From a virus (lineage: Duplodnaviria > Caudoviricetes), in the IMG/VR virus record IMGVR_UViG_3300017747_004117, positions 1-42,289 of that record: a DNA stretch of 42,289 bases; one strand, written 5' to 3'. The position numbers and the translations under genes are program-made. Each line of letters begins with the position of its first letter. Position 1 is the stretch's first letter. Positions 26,126-35,605 of this stretch are shown piece by piece. The notes beneath the pieces were generated by a model that was not told the DNA's origin, did not search any database, and saw nothing but the letters and a program-made list of their open reading frames with translations.

Positions 26126-26204
26126 ACTCTTTTGCTTTTGATCGTGTGAAATTTAGTTGCTTGTCGCGTTCTTGCTTTGATGATATACAGCCGTCACAGC
26201 TCAT
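26001..26204 (-). CDS. Small tail-module protein (67 aa)
   Basis: ATGA-coupled to the upstream gene; begins MSCDGC. Confidence 0.65.
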   Translation of the reverse strand: MSCDGCISSKQERDKQLNFTRSKAKEYAIQNQKDIAIYKEGEDWKFAEAEFAITSGFNILEVLSFHQ

Positions 26205-26650
26205 TGTCTGAAATTTATATTGATTACTTTTGAAATTCGTAATTGTATTGCAGGTCCTAAATTTGTGTCTAAATAAAAACCTTTATAAGGACCTGACAAT
26301 CCAAAAATATTTTTATACTTAAATTCAAGCTCAGGTCCTTTATCATCTTTGCTGATTATATCAAGTACATCATTGCCAACTTCCACATCAATCAACCGTT
26401 GAAATTCTCCAGTCACAAAAAGATCAGGTGTTCCTTCCTCAGGTATTGAGCCGGTTGCTTTCTTTGCTTTTGCATATTTACCTGAATGATATTTAGGCCG
26501 TATAGGTTCGCCTTTATTGGTGATACCCATAAGCATTTGGATTTTATTTTCTGTTTCAAAATCAACAGTAGTTTCTTTCAGTGACTCAATTATAATTGCG
26601 TCAGTATTTAATTGGAGACTTTTTTCGTAGAGAGATTTAATAGTTTGCAT
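26201..26650 (-). CDS. Virion morphogenesis/tail completion protein
   Basis: G...G..I.P.Y....YAK.K...PDLFVTGEF pattern. Confidence 0.65.
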   Translation of the reverse strand: MQTIKSLYEKSLQLNTDAIIIESLKETTVDFETENKIQMLMGITNKGEPIRPKYHSGKYAKAKKATGSIPEEGTPDLFVTGEFQRLIDVEVGNDVLDIISKDDKGPELEFKYKNIFGLSGPYKGFYLDTNLGPAIQLRISKVININFRQ

Positions 26651-26796
26651 AACTTATAAACTGTTTTTAGTTTTGTTTCTCTCATAGGATCATCTTGATA
26701 ATAATGCGGATATTGTTCACAGTGTTTTATAAATTCATCCTCATTTAAAAAAGCTCCGACTTTTTTAGGGTCGAAGCTTATTTTATCGTATTTCAC
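26608..26796 (-). CDS. Small protein after the major tail protein
   Basis: GTG start 7 nt after the tail tube gene stop. Confidence 0.6.
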   Translation of the reverse strand: MKYDKISFDPKKVGAFLNEDEFIKHCEQYPHYYQDDPMRETKLKTVYKLCKLLNLSTKKVSN

Positions 26797-26803
26797 AGGA
26801 TTG

Positions 26804-27757
26804 TTATTTAGCGATCAAAACTGCCACGCCTTCTGTGTCCAGCACATCTAACCCGTCTAATGTCAAAGGATCTTTGAAGTTAAACTGAATCAGTGACGCT
26901 CCGGCGATTGCTCCGTATTCAGTAGGATCAATTGTGATTGCCCAACCTTTCTTTGCATCATCTTTTGCAACTGCATCAGGAACATGGTTTGTTGCAAGTG
27001 CTGTACCAGACTTCACGTCCCATGCACCAACAACAGCAAGTTCATCAGCATACATATCATATAAATCAATAACAACACCCGGTTGTGCTGTTTTGATATA
27101 TGCTTTCACATAAAAGATTTCAGCAGCATGTGCAGCAGCTGATTCCAATGTTGCGTCCAGTAATGCTTTAATGTTGTTCTGATTTACATCAGCCAAATCC
27201 AGGAACACTGCATTGTCATAGTATTCAGTTGTATCAAGAATTGAAATGACAATTGTTACAACACCCTCTTCAACGTTTTGACCTGTTGCAGCTTTCTGTC
27301 CTGATACAAATACTTTTGCTTTTGCACCGATTACTGATGTGCCGCTTAATGTTCCCCATAAACGGTTGTTTGCATCAAATTCAACCAGGCGCACAATCTG
27401 ATTGTTGAATTTGCGAAGGCGCTTTACCTGTTCTGATCCTGCAAACATCTTTGCAGTATAAGCAGGTTTGCCTTCAAGCAAAATGGTTTTAAATCCCTGG
27501 TTCAATGATCCCTCTTTGTTTGATTCGCTGGAGTCAACCAGGTCTTCAATAACAGGGAACAGGAATAATTTACCAGGATCCTTTTTTGGAAGCAGGCTCG
27601 CTTCCTTCAATGCCGCTTCAAGTAAAGCAGCAGACGCATAATCAGCAGCGAGAATTGACCCGCCGAAGATTGCAATCTTTTTTGTAATGCCTCTTGATAC
27701 GTCACACAGAACGCCGCCTGTATTCGCACCAACAAATCCGCATAATGAATAAGACAT
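26804..27757 (-). CDS. Major tail (tube) protein
   Basis: 317 aa, C...ANTG...C N-terminus, follows the head-tail genes. Confidence 0.7.
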   Translation of the reverse strand: MSYSLCGFVGANTGGVLCDVSRGITKKIAIFGGSILAADYASAALLEAALKEASLLPKKDPGKLFLFPVIEDLVDSSESNKEGSLNQGFKTILLEGKPAYTAKMFAGSEQVKRLRKFNNQIVRLVEFDANNRLWGTLSGTSVIGAKAKVFVSGQKAATGQNVEEGVVTIVISILDTTEYYDNAVFLDLADVNQNNIKALLDATLESAAAHAAEIFYVKAYIKTAQPGVVIDLYDMYADELAVVGAWDVKSGTALATNHVPDAVAKDDAKKGWAITIDPTEYGAIAGASLIQFNFKDPLTLDGLDVLDTEGVAVLIAK

Positions 27758-27776
27758 AATTTAATTATTTAAAATG

Positions 27777-28283
27777 TTAACACCTTTTGTTTTTTACTTT
27801 CAATTCAACTTGCGAAAGCTCCATACAATCCACTACATCATTGAGCACTGTCTGCTGTGCTTCTCCCCAATAATACCTGTCTGTCATTTTATGTTTGCTC
27901 TGGAAAAAAATCGTGCTGTGCACTTTCATTTGAGCAATCAATTCATTATAGATAGGATATAAAACCGGTTTGAATACATTTGTCATACGCTCAGCAGCTT
28001 TGTAATTCTTTTCAGATTGCTGAATGATGAACAGCCGTAAGTCTCTGATCGTTCCATAATTACCAAGGTCTTCAGCGATTGAAATTGTGAACGGTTGCAC
28101 TAACCAAATGAGCGGGAACTTTTTGTCAAATGTTCCGGGGCTCTTTGAATACTGTACAAGCGTTTCATTTAATTCTCTCACATACCCGTAATGAAAACCT
28201 ACTTCCATATTTAGTTTGGCTGCAACCTTTTGAACGATTGCAGTAAACTCATCGACAACAACATATGGAGGATTGTTCATCAC
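27777..28283 (-). CDS. Head-tail joining/tail terminator protein
   Basis: KFPLIWL, ER...VFKPVLYPIY; position between adaptor and tube genes. Confidence 0.65.
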   Translation of the reverse strand: MMNNPPYVVVDEFTAIVQKVAAKLNMEVGFHYGYVRELNETLVQYSKSPGTFDKKFPLIWLVQPFTISIAEDLGNYGTIRDLRLFIIQQSEKNYKAAERMTNVFKPVLYPIYNELIAQMKVHSTIFFQSKHKMTDRYYWGEAQQTVLNDVVDCMELSQVELKVKNKRC

Positions 28284-29104
28284 AGATTCAACGTATTAAT
28301 AGTATGTAACAAATCATAATTCTCTTGACTCATATGATACTGCTTGAACTCAGGATAAAGTGTTTCATTCACAAGAAGAAAATCCAATAAGCTTTTATTC
28401 ATCTCCACCATTTCATTCCAGGAGTTGCGCTGTTTGTTTTGTGAGCCAACTCTCACAGCGTTTTCCGGTTTGATTGTTGCTTCACCTGTTCCTGTTGTTT
28501 CAGAAGAACGGTTGCGCAACCAGTAGAAATAGATGTAATTAGCAATTGGACTTTTCTTCAGTATTGGAACTGTAACACCTGACACATATTTCTGAGAAAC
28601 TTCTACTGTAACAACTTCCGTGTTGTTCAACGTGATACCGTTCAAAAGATTGATTGTGTTTCCTGTCTGTGTCCACTCTGTTGAGGGAACCAGAAACCTG
28701 AATCCTTCTTTAAAAACTGTCTTCACTGTTTTTCCTGTAAAGAAATTGTCAACAATAGATGTTGCACCATTGACATGTGCCCCGTAAAATCTCTCAGTAA
28801 TCAAAACAAGATCACCAACTGAGTCAACAACAATTTCATCATCATCCTCTTTCAATCCTGCCCATTTTCTTTGGGCACCTTTAGCGTCCAGGTACTCAAC
28901 ACCGTTTAAGATATCAAGATACTTTTGAGTGCTGTCTGTTATACCTTGCTGCAACAATTTATTGAAAGCATAGCCAAACATCTTATCCAGATATTTTCTT
29001 TCATACTTATCAATATAAAGCTGCAGCTCAGTTGCAACTGACGGCTGTCCAAGCTGAGCCACTAAAAGGTCTCCAAAGAAATATGATGCAGTGATAATTG
29101 ACAT
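28280..29104 (-). CDS. Head-tail adaptor with an apparent inserted domain
   Basis: II..SYF.G, YIDKYERKYL, KSPIANYIYFYWLR, WNEMVEMN. Confidence 0.7.
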   Translation of the reverse strand: MSIITASYFFGDLLVAQLGQPSVATELQLYIDKYERKYLDKMFGYAFNKLLQQGITDSTQKYLDILNGVEYLDAKGAQRKWAGLKEDDDEIVVDSVGDLVLITERFYGAHVNGATSIVDNFFTGKTVKTVFKEGFRFLVPSTEWTQTGNTINLLNGITLNNTEVVTVEVSQKYVSGVTVPILKKSPIANYIYFYWLRNRSSETTGTGEATIKPENAVRVGSQNKQRNSWNEMVEMNKSLLDFLLVNETLYPEFKQYHMSQENYDLLHTINTLNL

Positions 29105-29107
29105 TGC

Positions 29108-29302
29108 TTACGCTTTTACTTCTTCTTTTACTACTTTAGCTTTACCGGGTAACTTGGCCTTGCCTGAAGCAATTAACTTCTCAGCAAGATTTGAGTGAAC
29201 CATTTCCTTTGCGCCGGCTTTTTTGAATCCGCCTTTTGCACCGTCTTCAGTCCATTCAATTTCTGTCATGTCATTCGGTTTAATTTTCTTTTCTGCTGCC
29301 AT
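29108..29302 (-). CDS. Small basic head-module protein
   Basis: VHSNLAEKLIASGKAK motif; downstream of the capsid gene. Confidence 0.7.
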   Translation of the reverse strand: MAAEKKIKPNDMTEIEWTEDGAKGGFKKAGAKEMVHSNLAEKLIASGKAKLPGKAKVVKEEVKA

Positions 29303-29362
29303 TGTTTTTGTTTTTAAAAAATTTGATAATACTTAATACTGGATTTCAAAAACGGGGCACGA

Positions 29363-29764
29363 TTAATGCGGATTTGTCTGTTGATACAGAATCGCTTTAT
29401 AACTTAGTGAACTTGTTCCTGTCTGTGTTATCAGAGGTCTGTAATACAACCATGCTTTTGGAGCTTGAGTAAAGCCATACACATTTGTTGCATCTGTCAA
29501 AGTATCTGATGAGATAGTATAATAAGTCACACCGTCATTTGAACCCTGCCATTTTACAGTTCCTGCAATTGTTCCCGAAATTTTTGTAACAGGAACCTGG
29601 ATTGATACAACATCAACCCATGCTTTCACTTTCAATACAGGACCTTCTGCCGCTGCTTGTGACGCTGTGTCCAACGCCACTCCGTTAGGATTGGTCATTG
29701 CGGTCTGCGAATAACTCACAGTAAACAGCATCAAAGAAATCGCAATAAATAAAAACTTTTTCAT
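29363..29764 (-). CDS. Beta-sandwich protein with a signal peptide, in the head-decoration position
   Basis: MKKFLFIAISLMLFTVSYS|Q; QGSNDGVTY; immediately after the capsid gene. Confidence 0.8.
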   Translation of the reverse strand: MKKFLFIAISLMLFTVSYSQTAMTNPNGVALDTASQAAAEGPVLKVKAWVDVVSIQVPVTKISGTIAGTVKWQGSNDGVTYYTISSDTLTDATNVYGFTQAPKAWLYYRPLITQTGTSSLSYKAILYQQTNPH

Positions 29765-29794
29765 ATTTTGTTCCCTCCTGATTTGGTTTATAAA

Positions 29795-31111
29795 TTATGG
29801 TTTCAGCAGCGCTGCTTTCACAGTTGCAAAGGTTGTTTTAACCCATGATCCTGTGTAAGATGAACTGATGTAAGAATGGAAAAACATTTCTGCAATAATT
29901 CTGAAACGGTTGGTATCAAAATCACTTGTTACATTGGTAACATTCGCACCATCCTTTGTGATCTCTAAACCATAGCCCATTCTGATTGTCACCGGTTCTT
30001 CTTCAATCTTGTACAAACGTGATTCACCAAGAATCAAATCGCCGGCAGTTACTTTTGTGGAAGTAATAACACGGAAGCCCATGATAATTGTATCACCATT
30101 TGCACTGTACACAGGAATTGTTGTGTAAAATTCGCCGGTAGAAGTTTGAGCAAGTGCCATTCTCCATTTGTCCTGCGGATTAATCACCAGCGTATCAGGA
30201 ATGAAATCCAAACTTTCAATCTGAGCAGCAACTGCACCAATTGCATGGTAATCATTTGGAGCAACAATCTGATCGTCAAGTGTGGTTCCTGTATAAGCAG
30301 CTGAAGCAGTAACTAAATCAGCAACAATCAAGTTTGCATAATCCCTGGTAAGTTTTTCACTCAGCAATTGTTCAATGATTGCATATGCTTCTTTACGGAA
30401 TTTCACAAACTCTTCAGTATATACTCTTTTACCTGCAAGTTTTTTTGCCTGGCTTGTATTACGCACAAGGCCTGTGCTTGTCAATGGTTTCAAACCACCT
30501 TCAGCAACAATTGCAAATGCTCCCTGCTCGTCACCTTCTTCCATCCAAGTTTTATATTGAGTTACAGCTGCAACAGAAACTCTGTTTACAACATCCCAAA
30601 TATACTCGTAAGGCCGGCGCTTTTTGGTAAAAGCATCCACTGAAAAACTGTTGAGAATATCCTCAGGAATGTTTCCGTCATTTACAGCAACGTTATCAAC
30701 GATTGTCATAATGGCTGCTGCCCTGGTATTCAATACCACTTCAGTATTAGCCTGACGCCCGTTAAATACGCGTTCAACACTTTCCATAAACTTCTCATCC
30801 TGCATTGCTGCACGGATCGCATTCAGCTTCTGTTCTTTTTGGTCACCGCGGTTTTTTAATTTCTCAAATTCACCGGCTAAACGTTTCACTGTGTCAATTG
30901 TTTCCTGAGGTTTAAACGTACGCAATGCCTCAACAGGTAAACCTTCAAATGCTTTATTGATAAGATTACTTACTTCATCGGCTTTTTGATAACCGCGGGT
31001 AGCAAGTTCTGTCTCAACTGTGGATTTTACTTTTGCAAGCAGTTCTTCCTGCTCTGTGATCTTGCCTCCGCTTCCACCAGCGCCTGCATCAAAAAAGATT
31101 CGTCTTTTCAT
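29795..31111 (-). CDS. Major capsid protein (HK97 fold)
   Basis: Helical N-terminal delta-like domain, VAEGGLKP, KKLAG, INPQD, GFRVITS; follows the protease gene. Confidence 0.9.
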   Translation of the reverse strand: MKRRIFFDAGAGGSGGKITEQEELLAKVKSTVETELATRGYQKADEVSNLINKAFEGLPVEALRTFKPQETIDTVKRLAGEFEKLKNRGDQKEQKLNAIRAAMQDEKFMESVERVFNGRQANTEVVLNTRAAAIMTIVDNVAVNDGNIPEDILNSFSVDAFTKKRRPYEYIWDVVNRVSVAAVTQYKTWMEEGDEQGAFAIVAEGGLKPLTSTGLVRNTSQAKKLAGKRVYTEEFVKFRKEAYAIIEQLLSEKLTRDYANLIVADLVTASAAYTGTTLDDQIVAPNDYHAIGAVAAQIESLDFIPDTLVINPQDKWRMALAQTSTGEFYTTIPVYSANGDTIIMGFRVITSTKVTAGDLILGESRLYKIEEEPVTIRMGYGLEITKDGANVTNVTSDFDTNRFRIIAEMFFHSYISSSYTGSWVKTTFATVKAALLKP

Positions 31112-31122
31112 TTTGTTTTCTT

Positions 31123-31896
31123 TTAAAGATTTTCAATTAAAAATTTATAATCAACTTTTCCAGTCTCCGTCGGCTTCTCTTCGTTCTTAATGTCAATGAG
31201 CCGCAGCTCTTGAGCCCTGAACTCGATAAGTGATTTTTGCCTGGTGAATAATTGCCTTGCCTGTAAACGGTCTTTGCGCGGAAGAGTTTCAATGAAAGCT
31301 TCCATTTCCTCTTCCAAATTTTCAACATCTTCAGCTGTCCTTACTGTAAATGTTTCCATGTCTGACGGGATAGTTGCAACTGATCCCTCCATCAAAATTG
31401 CTTCGGTGATAATTAATGCGTCTTGCACTTCGTCATACCGGATTTTATTCTCACCCCAAATATAATTGAATCCGCCGCTATAGTTGTTCAATGTTCCTGA
31501 GCGGATTTGTTTCAGCGCATTATCTGCCCAAGGTACATCGTCCAATGGTTTTGTTTTGAAGTATAAACCGATCTCATCTTCAAGTAATACTTCAAACAGC
31601 GATAATGGTTCTGCTGTCCTGTGCTGATAAAGAAATTTGATTTCATACTTAGCACCGCTGTTTGGGCCATTCTCACGGATTGATTTGGTAAATGCACCGC
31701 GTAAAAATATTTCTTTGTATGAATTTTTCTGTCCCCATATAAATAAATATCCTTCAACAACCCTTGTGTCAAGACTTGCTTTTGCTCTTTGCTGAAAGTC
31801 TGCAGGCAAATCATTGAAACAAACATTTGACTGAGACATTAAACCCGCTTGCGCTTTACGTTCCAGGAGCTGCGGGTGGAGTTGGTTTGTTTTCAT
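31123..31896 (-). CDS. HK97-family prohead protease
   Basis: EGY, EIF.RGAFTKSI, FLYQH, EDEIGLYF, SGGF, EGSVATIPS. Confidence 0.92.
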   Translation of the reverse strand: MKTNQLHPQLLERKAQAGLMSQSNVCFNDLPADFQQRAKASLDTRVVEGYLFIWGQKNSYKEIFLRGAFTKSIRENGPNSGAKYEIKFLYQHRTAEPLSLFEVLLEDEIGLYFKTKPLDDVPWADNALKQIRSGTLNNYSGGFNYIWGENKIRYDEVQDALIITEAILMEGSVATIPSDMETFTVRTAEDVENLEEEMEAFIETLPRKDRLQARQLFTRQKSLIEFRAQELRLIDIKNEEKPTETGKVDYKFLIENL

Positions 31897-33265
31897 TTAT
31901 ATTAAGATTTAAAGTATTATTCAATAAAATAAGTTCTTCCGGAGTCATTTCAAACAGTTTCTTTGTATATATTGGTAAATTCATTTTCTCATTACCTGTT
32001 GAGACTATCCAATCATTTAGTGAACAAATACCATTTTTAAAACGTTGTAAATATATATTACCATTTCTTTCATCAACTTCTGCTTTTGCTTTTAAGTCTT
32101 TTTGCAAGTATTCAATATGAGAATAATCTGCTCTGAGATAACGGCGCTTTAAATTAAAACCCATTCTTGTTGTGAATACATTCGCATAGCGCTTGGCCAT
32201 TGGAATAATAACATCAGTATAGAAAGCTGTCATTTCTGACTCTGTGTTATTAAACGTTGACTGATCTTTTCTCGGCGCCAAATGTTGCGGCACACGGAGC
32301 ACTTTATAAATGACAAGAGCATCCATAAGAGTTTCCTCAAATGGCTGCATTTCTTCAATGGTCATTGATGACTTAACAAAATTAACAGGCACATCAGAAA
32401 TTCCCACTGTATCACGTCCGCCTGTCAACCCATAATCTTTATTTAGTTCTTTACGAAGTTCTTTCTTTTCTTTTGGTAACAATGCAACTGTTCCTGATTG
32501 ATCTGTTGCTGTACTTACCCACATTCCCATTTGTCCGCGTTTAATATAAATTGCACCGCGTGCCTCATATACAGGAACTAAATTCTTGATTGCCATGTCA
32601 GCACCTTTCAAATATGATTGGCAATTGTTTAAATCAAATTTTCCTTCGAGATGTGTATTGAATAACGGAACAACATTCTCACGGTCAAATGAACGGCTGC
32701 CGATTTTATAGGCAAGAACAATATCATTGATGTCAGTGGCTGAATAAATATCTGCCTGCTTATCCATTACCACTGTTACATTTGGCTCTTGCAAATTATA
32801 CCAAGATAGAATATTCTCATGCGTTACTTCTAATGTTCCAGGTCTGTTTAAGTAGAAAAAGTTACGACCTGTCAACAATTCATAACATACTGCCTGATAA
32901 ATTAAATCCCTTATATCCATAATGGGATTGGGCACAGAAAATAAACGGTTAAAGTCTTGGTCACGGTAATCAACTTCATCATTCCAATCTTTTAGCAGTT
33001 GCCAATTGCAATCGCTTACCCTGCGGGCAATCTCGTGAACAGGTGCAAAGATTTCTGGAACCGCATAAAATAATGTTATATAATTTTGCCTTGCATAAAA
33101 TCCATTCAACAAATTGTAGAATGTTTCTTGCAAGGCACTTGGTTCATCAGTAGAATAAACCTGTTCACTATTCTCTGTTTCAATGAAAACTTTACTTGGC
33201 ACTGAGTCTCTTTGCTCAATGCTTTGTTCTTTTGTCCTCTTGATTTCCAATCCGAATAGTCTCAT
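31856..33265 (-). CDS. Portal protein
   Basis: 469 aa between TerL and the protease; LLTGRNF, VP..L, STFNN.E, FY.DVIIP. Confidence 0.88.
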   Translation of the reverse strand: MRLFGLEIKRTKEQSIEQRDSVPSKVFIETENSEQVYSTDEPSALQETFYNLLNGFYARQNYITLFYAVPEIFAPVHEIARRVSDCNWQLLKDWNDEVDYRDQDFNRLFSVPNPIMDIRDLIYQAVCYELLTGRNFFYLNRPGTLEVTHENILSWYNLQEPNVTVVMDKQADIYSATDINDIVLAYKIGSRSFDRENVVPLFNTHLEGKFDLNNCQSYLKGADMAIKNLVPVYEARGAIYIKRGQMGMWVSTATDQSGTVALLPKEKKELRKELNKDYGLTGGRDTVGISDVPVNFVKSSMTIEEMQPFEETLMDALVIYKVLRVPQHLAPRKDQSTFNNTESEMTAFYTDVIIPMAKRYANVFTTRMGFNLKRRYLRADYSHIEYLQKDLKAKAEVDERNGNIYLQRFKNGICSLNDWIVSTGNEKMNLPIYTKKLFEMTPEELILLNNTLNLNINENKPTPPAAPGT

Positions 33266-33272
33266 ATAACTG

Positions 33273-33280
33273 TAAAAGTA
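33273..33280 (-). promoter_or_regulatory. Possible -7 element upstream of the portal gene
   Basis: TACTTTTA (the same octamer as the class 2 motif), 7 nt before the ATG. Confidence 0.4.
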
Positions 33281-33286
33281 ATTGTT

Positions 33287-34696
33287 TTAGTATAAATGCG
33301 AGAATTTTTTTCTAAAGTGTGAAGCAGCCATTGAAAGTACGTCTGGCGCATCATCATGCTCAGCTGCTTTATTGCCTTCTTGATTCTTGAGATACGTTGT
33401 CAGAAAGAACATGAATTTTTTATACTCAGGAAACTTTTCCCAATCCTCTCTGAAGTGTACATGATTAATAATAAATGCAGACTCAGCAAGAATCCTGGTT
33501 TGTTTATTGGTTGTTGGTTTAATGATTCTGAATGAGCAGTCCTCAAATTTCTCATGTACCATTTTACGCAATGCCTTTGCCGTTTCCATCCAAGCAAAGA
33601 CACCTTCATAATCCACTGACTGAATTTTTTTACTGATTATATTATCCCTGCAACGTTCATTGTTTTTATCTGATCCGTCTTTATTATAAATAACGTCCAT
33701 CAAAAACAAATCACCATACTCACCTTGTAAATATAATTCCACACCCGCAAAGAAGTCACCTCCCTTATTCGCGGGGTCAATTGACTGATGAGAATATTCA
33801 CTCTTGCTCATATCAAAGTTTGCTGCATTGAATTTCTTTAAGCGGTCAATTGGGAACATCAGACCTTTAGCCTCAATTGGCTCTTGCTGATATTCCGCTT
33901 CCCATATCATTTCATCTACATCAGCTTTGATCTTTAAATATTCTTCAGTTGATTTTACAGCACTGCAAAATGTTTCACCGTCTTCATTGAGCGCCGGAAT
34001 TTTAATCACAATCGAAACACGCTTTGACTCAATCGCTTTACCGATCACATCACGCTTGCTCCACCTGGTTCCTATGAATATTTCAGGACAACCTTTTTCC
34101 ATACGTGAATCATGTGACCCTTGCTTCCACATGAACACTGATTCGTTATACGTTTCAGATAATGCTTGCATGAAACCTGAATACAGATCATCAGTGATTG
34201 CAAGGTTTGCACCGAAGCCGATGATATTTGTTCCCACACCACCACCAAAATATGCACCTTGCTTAGATGAGGTCAATGCCCAACCGTCAATGTTCTGTTT
34301 ATCATTAGCCAATTCGATCTTTGGAAAAACAGCTTTATATTTTCTGTCCTTTATTATATTACGTACGTCGTAAGAAAATTTTCTGTACAGTGCTGAAGTA
34401 ACCGTGTTTCGCATGATACACAATGTCGGATGATTACCCAACCACCAGGCACAAAATAAAGAAGTGATATAACTCTTGCCTGCTCTTGGTGCAAGTGAAG
34501 CAGATATATTAGTTGTTATTCCCCTGTCATAGTCATCCGATAATTTTTGAAATGCTTCAGCGATCTCAGATAAAAAAGCCCGCCCTTGAAAAAAGGCGGG
34601 GTCATATCCCTTACAAAAAACCCAGAAATCCCTCCTGGATAACTCGTTTTGCGCATGTATTTTTAAAGCATCAAGTATTATCTGGTTTCGTTCCAT
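33287..34696 (-). CDS. terL: Terminase large subunit
   Basis: APRAGKS Walker A, ITDDL Walker B, GTRW, YQQEP, DPA, HDDAPD. Confidence 0.95.
   Translation of the reverse strand: MERNQIILDALKIHAQNELSRRDFWVFCKGYDPAFFQGRAFLSEIAEAFQKLSDDYDRGITTNISASLAPRAGKSYITSLFCAWWLGNHPTLCIMRNTVTSALYRKFSYDVRNIIKDRKYKAVFPKIELANDKQNIDGWALTSSKQGAYFGGGVGTNIIGFGANLAITDDLYSGFMQALSETYNESVFMWKQGSHDSRMEKGCPEIFIGTRWSKRDVIGKAIESKRVSIVIKIPALNEDGETFCSAVKSTEEYLKIKADVDEMIWEAEYQQEPIEAKGLMFPIDRLKKFNAANFDMSKSEYSHQSIDPANKGGDFFAGVELYLQGEYGDLFLMDVIYNKDGSDKNNERCRDNIISKKIQSVDYEGVFAWMETAKALRKMVHEKFEDCSFRIIKPTTNKQTRILAESAFIINHVHFREDWEKFPEYKKFMFFLTTYLKNQEGNKAAEHDDAPDVLSMAASHFRKKFSHLY
34572..34600 (-). terminator. Terminator-like hairpin inside the 5' end of terL
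   Basis: CCCGCCT-TTTTTCAA-GGGCGGG followed by CTTTTTT. Confidence 0.5.
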
Positions 34697-35270
34697 TGAT
34701 TAAAGCTTTCAGTTCTTCTGTTGATAATTTGGATAAGTCAGGCGATGTATTCAAGTTTACATTTAAACTTTGATTTGCATCGAAGCCAAGTAACCGCGCC
34801 ATCACTTCCAGCGCCCTGACTTTATCCCCCTTGCGTATCTTCTTAGTAACACCGATTTTTATTTTCTTATCTCCTCTGCCCGCATTCAACTCATCAATCT
34901 CAATTGAAATAATTGCCCCTGCGTTATTGTCATCAATATCTTTCACTTTAACCATACCATCATCACCATCAAATAAATTCCTGATATCAGCAAAGGCAAC
35001 TTTCTTTAGCTCTCCAATAATTTCATCCAGCGTTACTTTGTTACGTTCAGCTGCTTCCGCTTTCAATACTGCCAAGCGTGCAAGTATATGCGGATTTCTT
35101 ATAAGATAAGTACCAATAGTTGTTGCGGCACCTTTAGACCATCCCGCTTTTATAACTGACTCACGGGCGTTACTGCTTTTGGTATATTCCAAGCAAAACT
35201 TTTCAGCCTTGTCAATCATTTTCTTTGACCGTGACCAAAAATCAAGTTCCATATATCCTTTTACATCCAT
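34671..35270 (-). CDS. terS: Terminase small subunit
   Basis: EKFCLEY...NA...IKAGWS, ELKKVAFADI, DKVRALE.MARLLG, DLSKLSTEEL. Confidence 0.92.
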   Translation of the reverse strand: MDVKGYMELDFWSRSKKMIDKAEKFCLEYTKSSNARESVIKAGWSKGAATTIGTYLIRNPHILARLAVLKAEAAERNKVTLDEIIGELKKVAFADIRNLFDGDDGMVKVKDIDDNNAGAIISIEIDELNAGRGDKKIKIGVTKKIRKGDKVRALEVMARLLGFDANQSLNVNLNTSPDLSKLSTEELKALINGTKPDNT

Positions 35271-35344
35271 AGCATGCTAAGATATGACTTATTTTTTATT
35301 GAATGTTCGCAACCTATTTTTCAAATAACTAGCTTGATGTAGTG

Positions 35345-35605
35345 TCACTTTTTAAACAATTGCTCAAAATCCATTGGACAACTGACTGCTTCCACTAAAT
35401 CTTCCCAATCTTGAAGATGCTCAGCGCTTATTGTAAATCTTGAATAATCAAACCATATATAAGGTTTCTCATACAGTTTAAAATAAGTAGACAAGCTATT
35501 AAACATTATATCAATAATATGATACTGCTTACCTTTTTCAATCCAACTATCTGGTAAAAATTGTATTGATTCATTTATATCGTCTATACACAAACAAGGT
35601 ATCAT
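35345..35605 (-). CDS. Hypothetical protein (86 aa)
   Basis: ATGA-coupled to the helicase gene. Confidence 0.7.
   Translation of the reverse strand: MIPCLCIDDINESIQFLPDSWIEKGKQYHIIDIMFNSLSTYFKLYEKPYIWFDYSRFTISAEHLQDWEDLVEAVSCPMDFEQLFKK

Noticed and set aside
26608-26650. -1 frameshift from the post-tube ORF into 26201..26650
   Set aside because: The frame relation fits, but the downstream ORF has its own ATG and resembles a standalone morphogenesis protein, and I found no convincing slippery heptamer.
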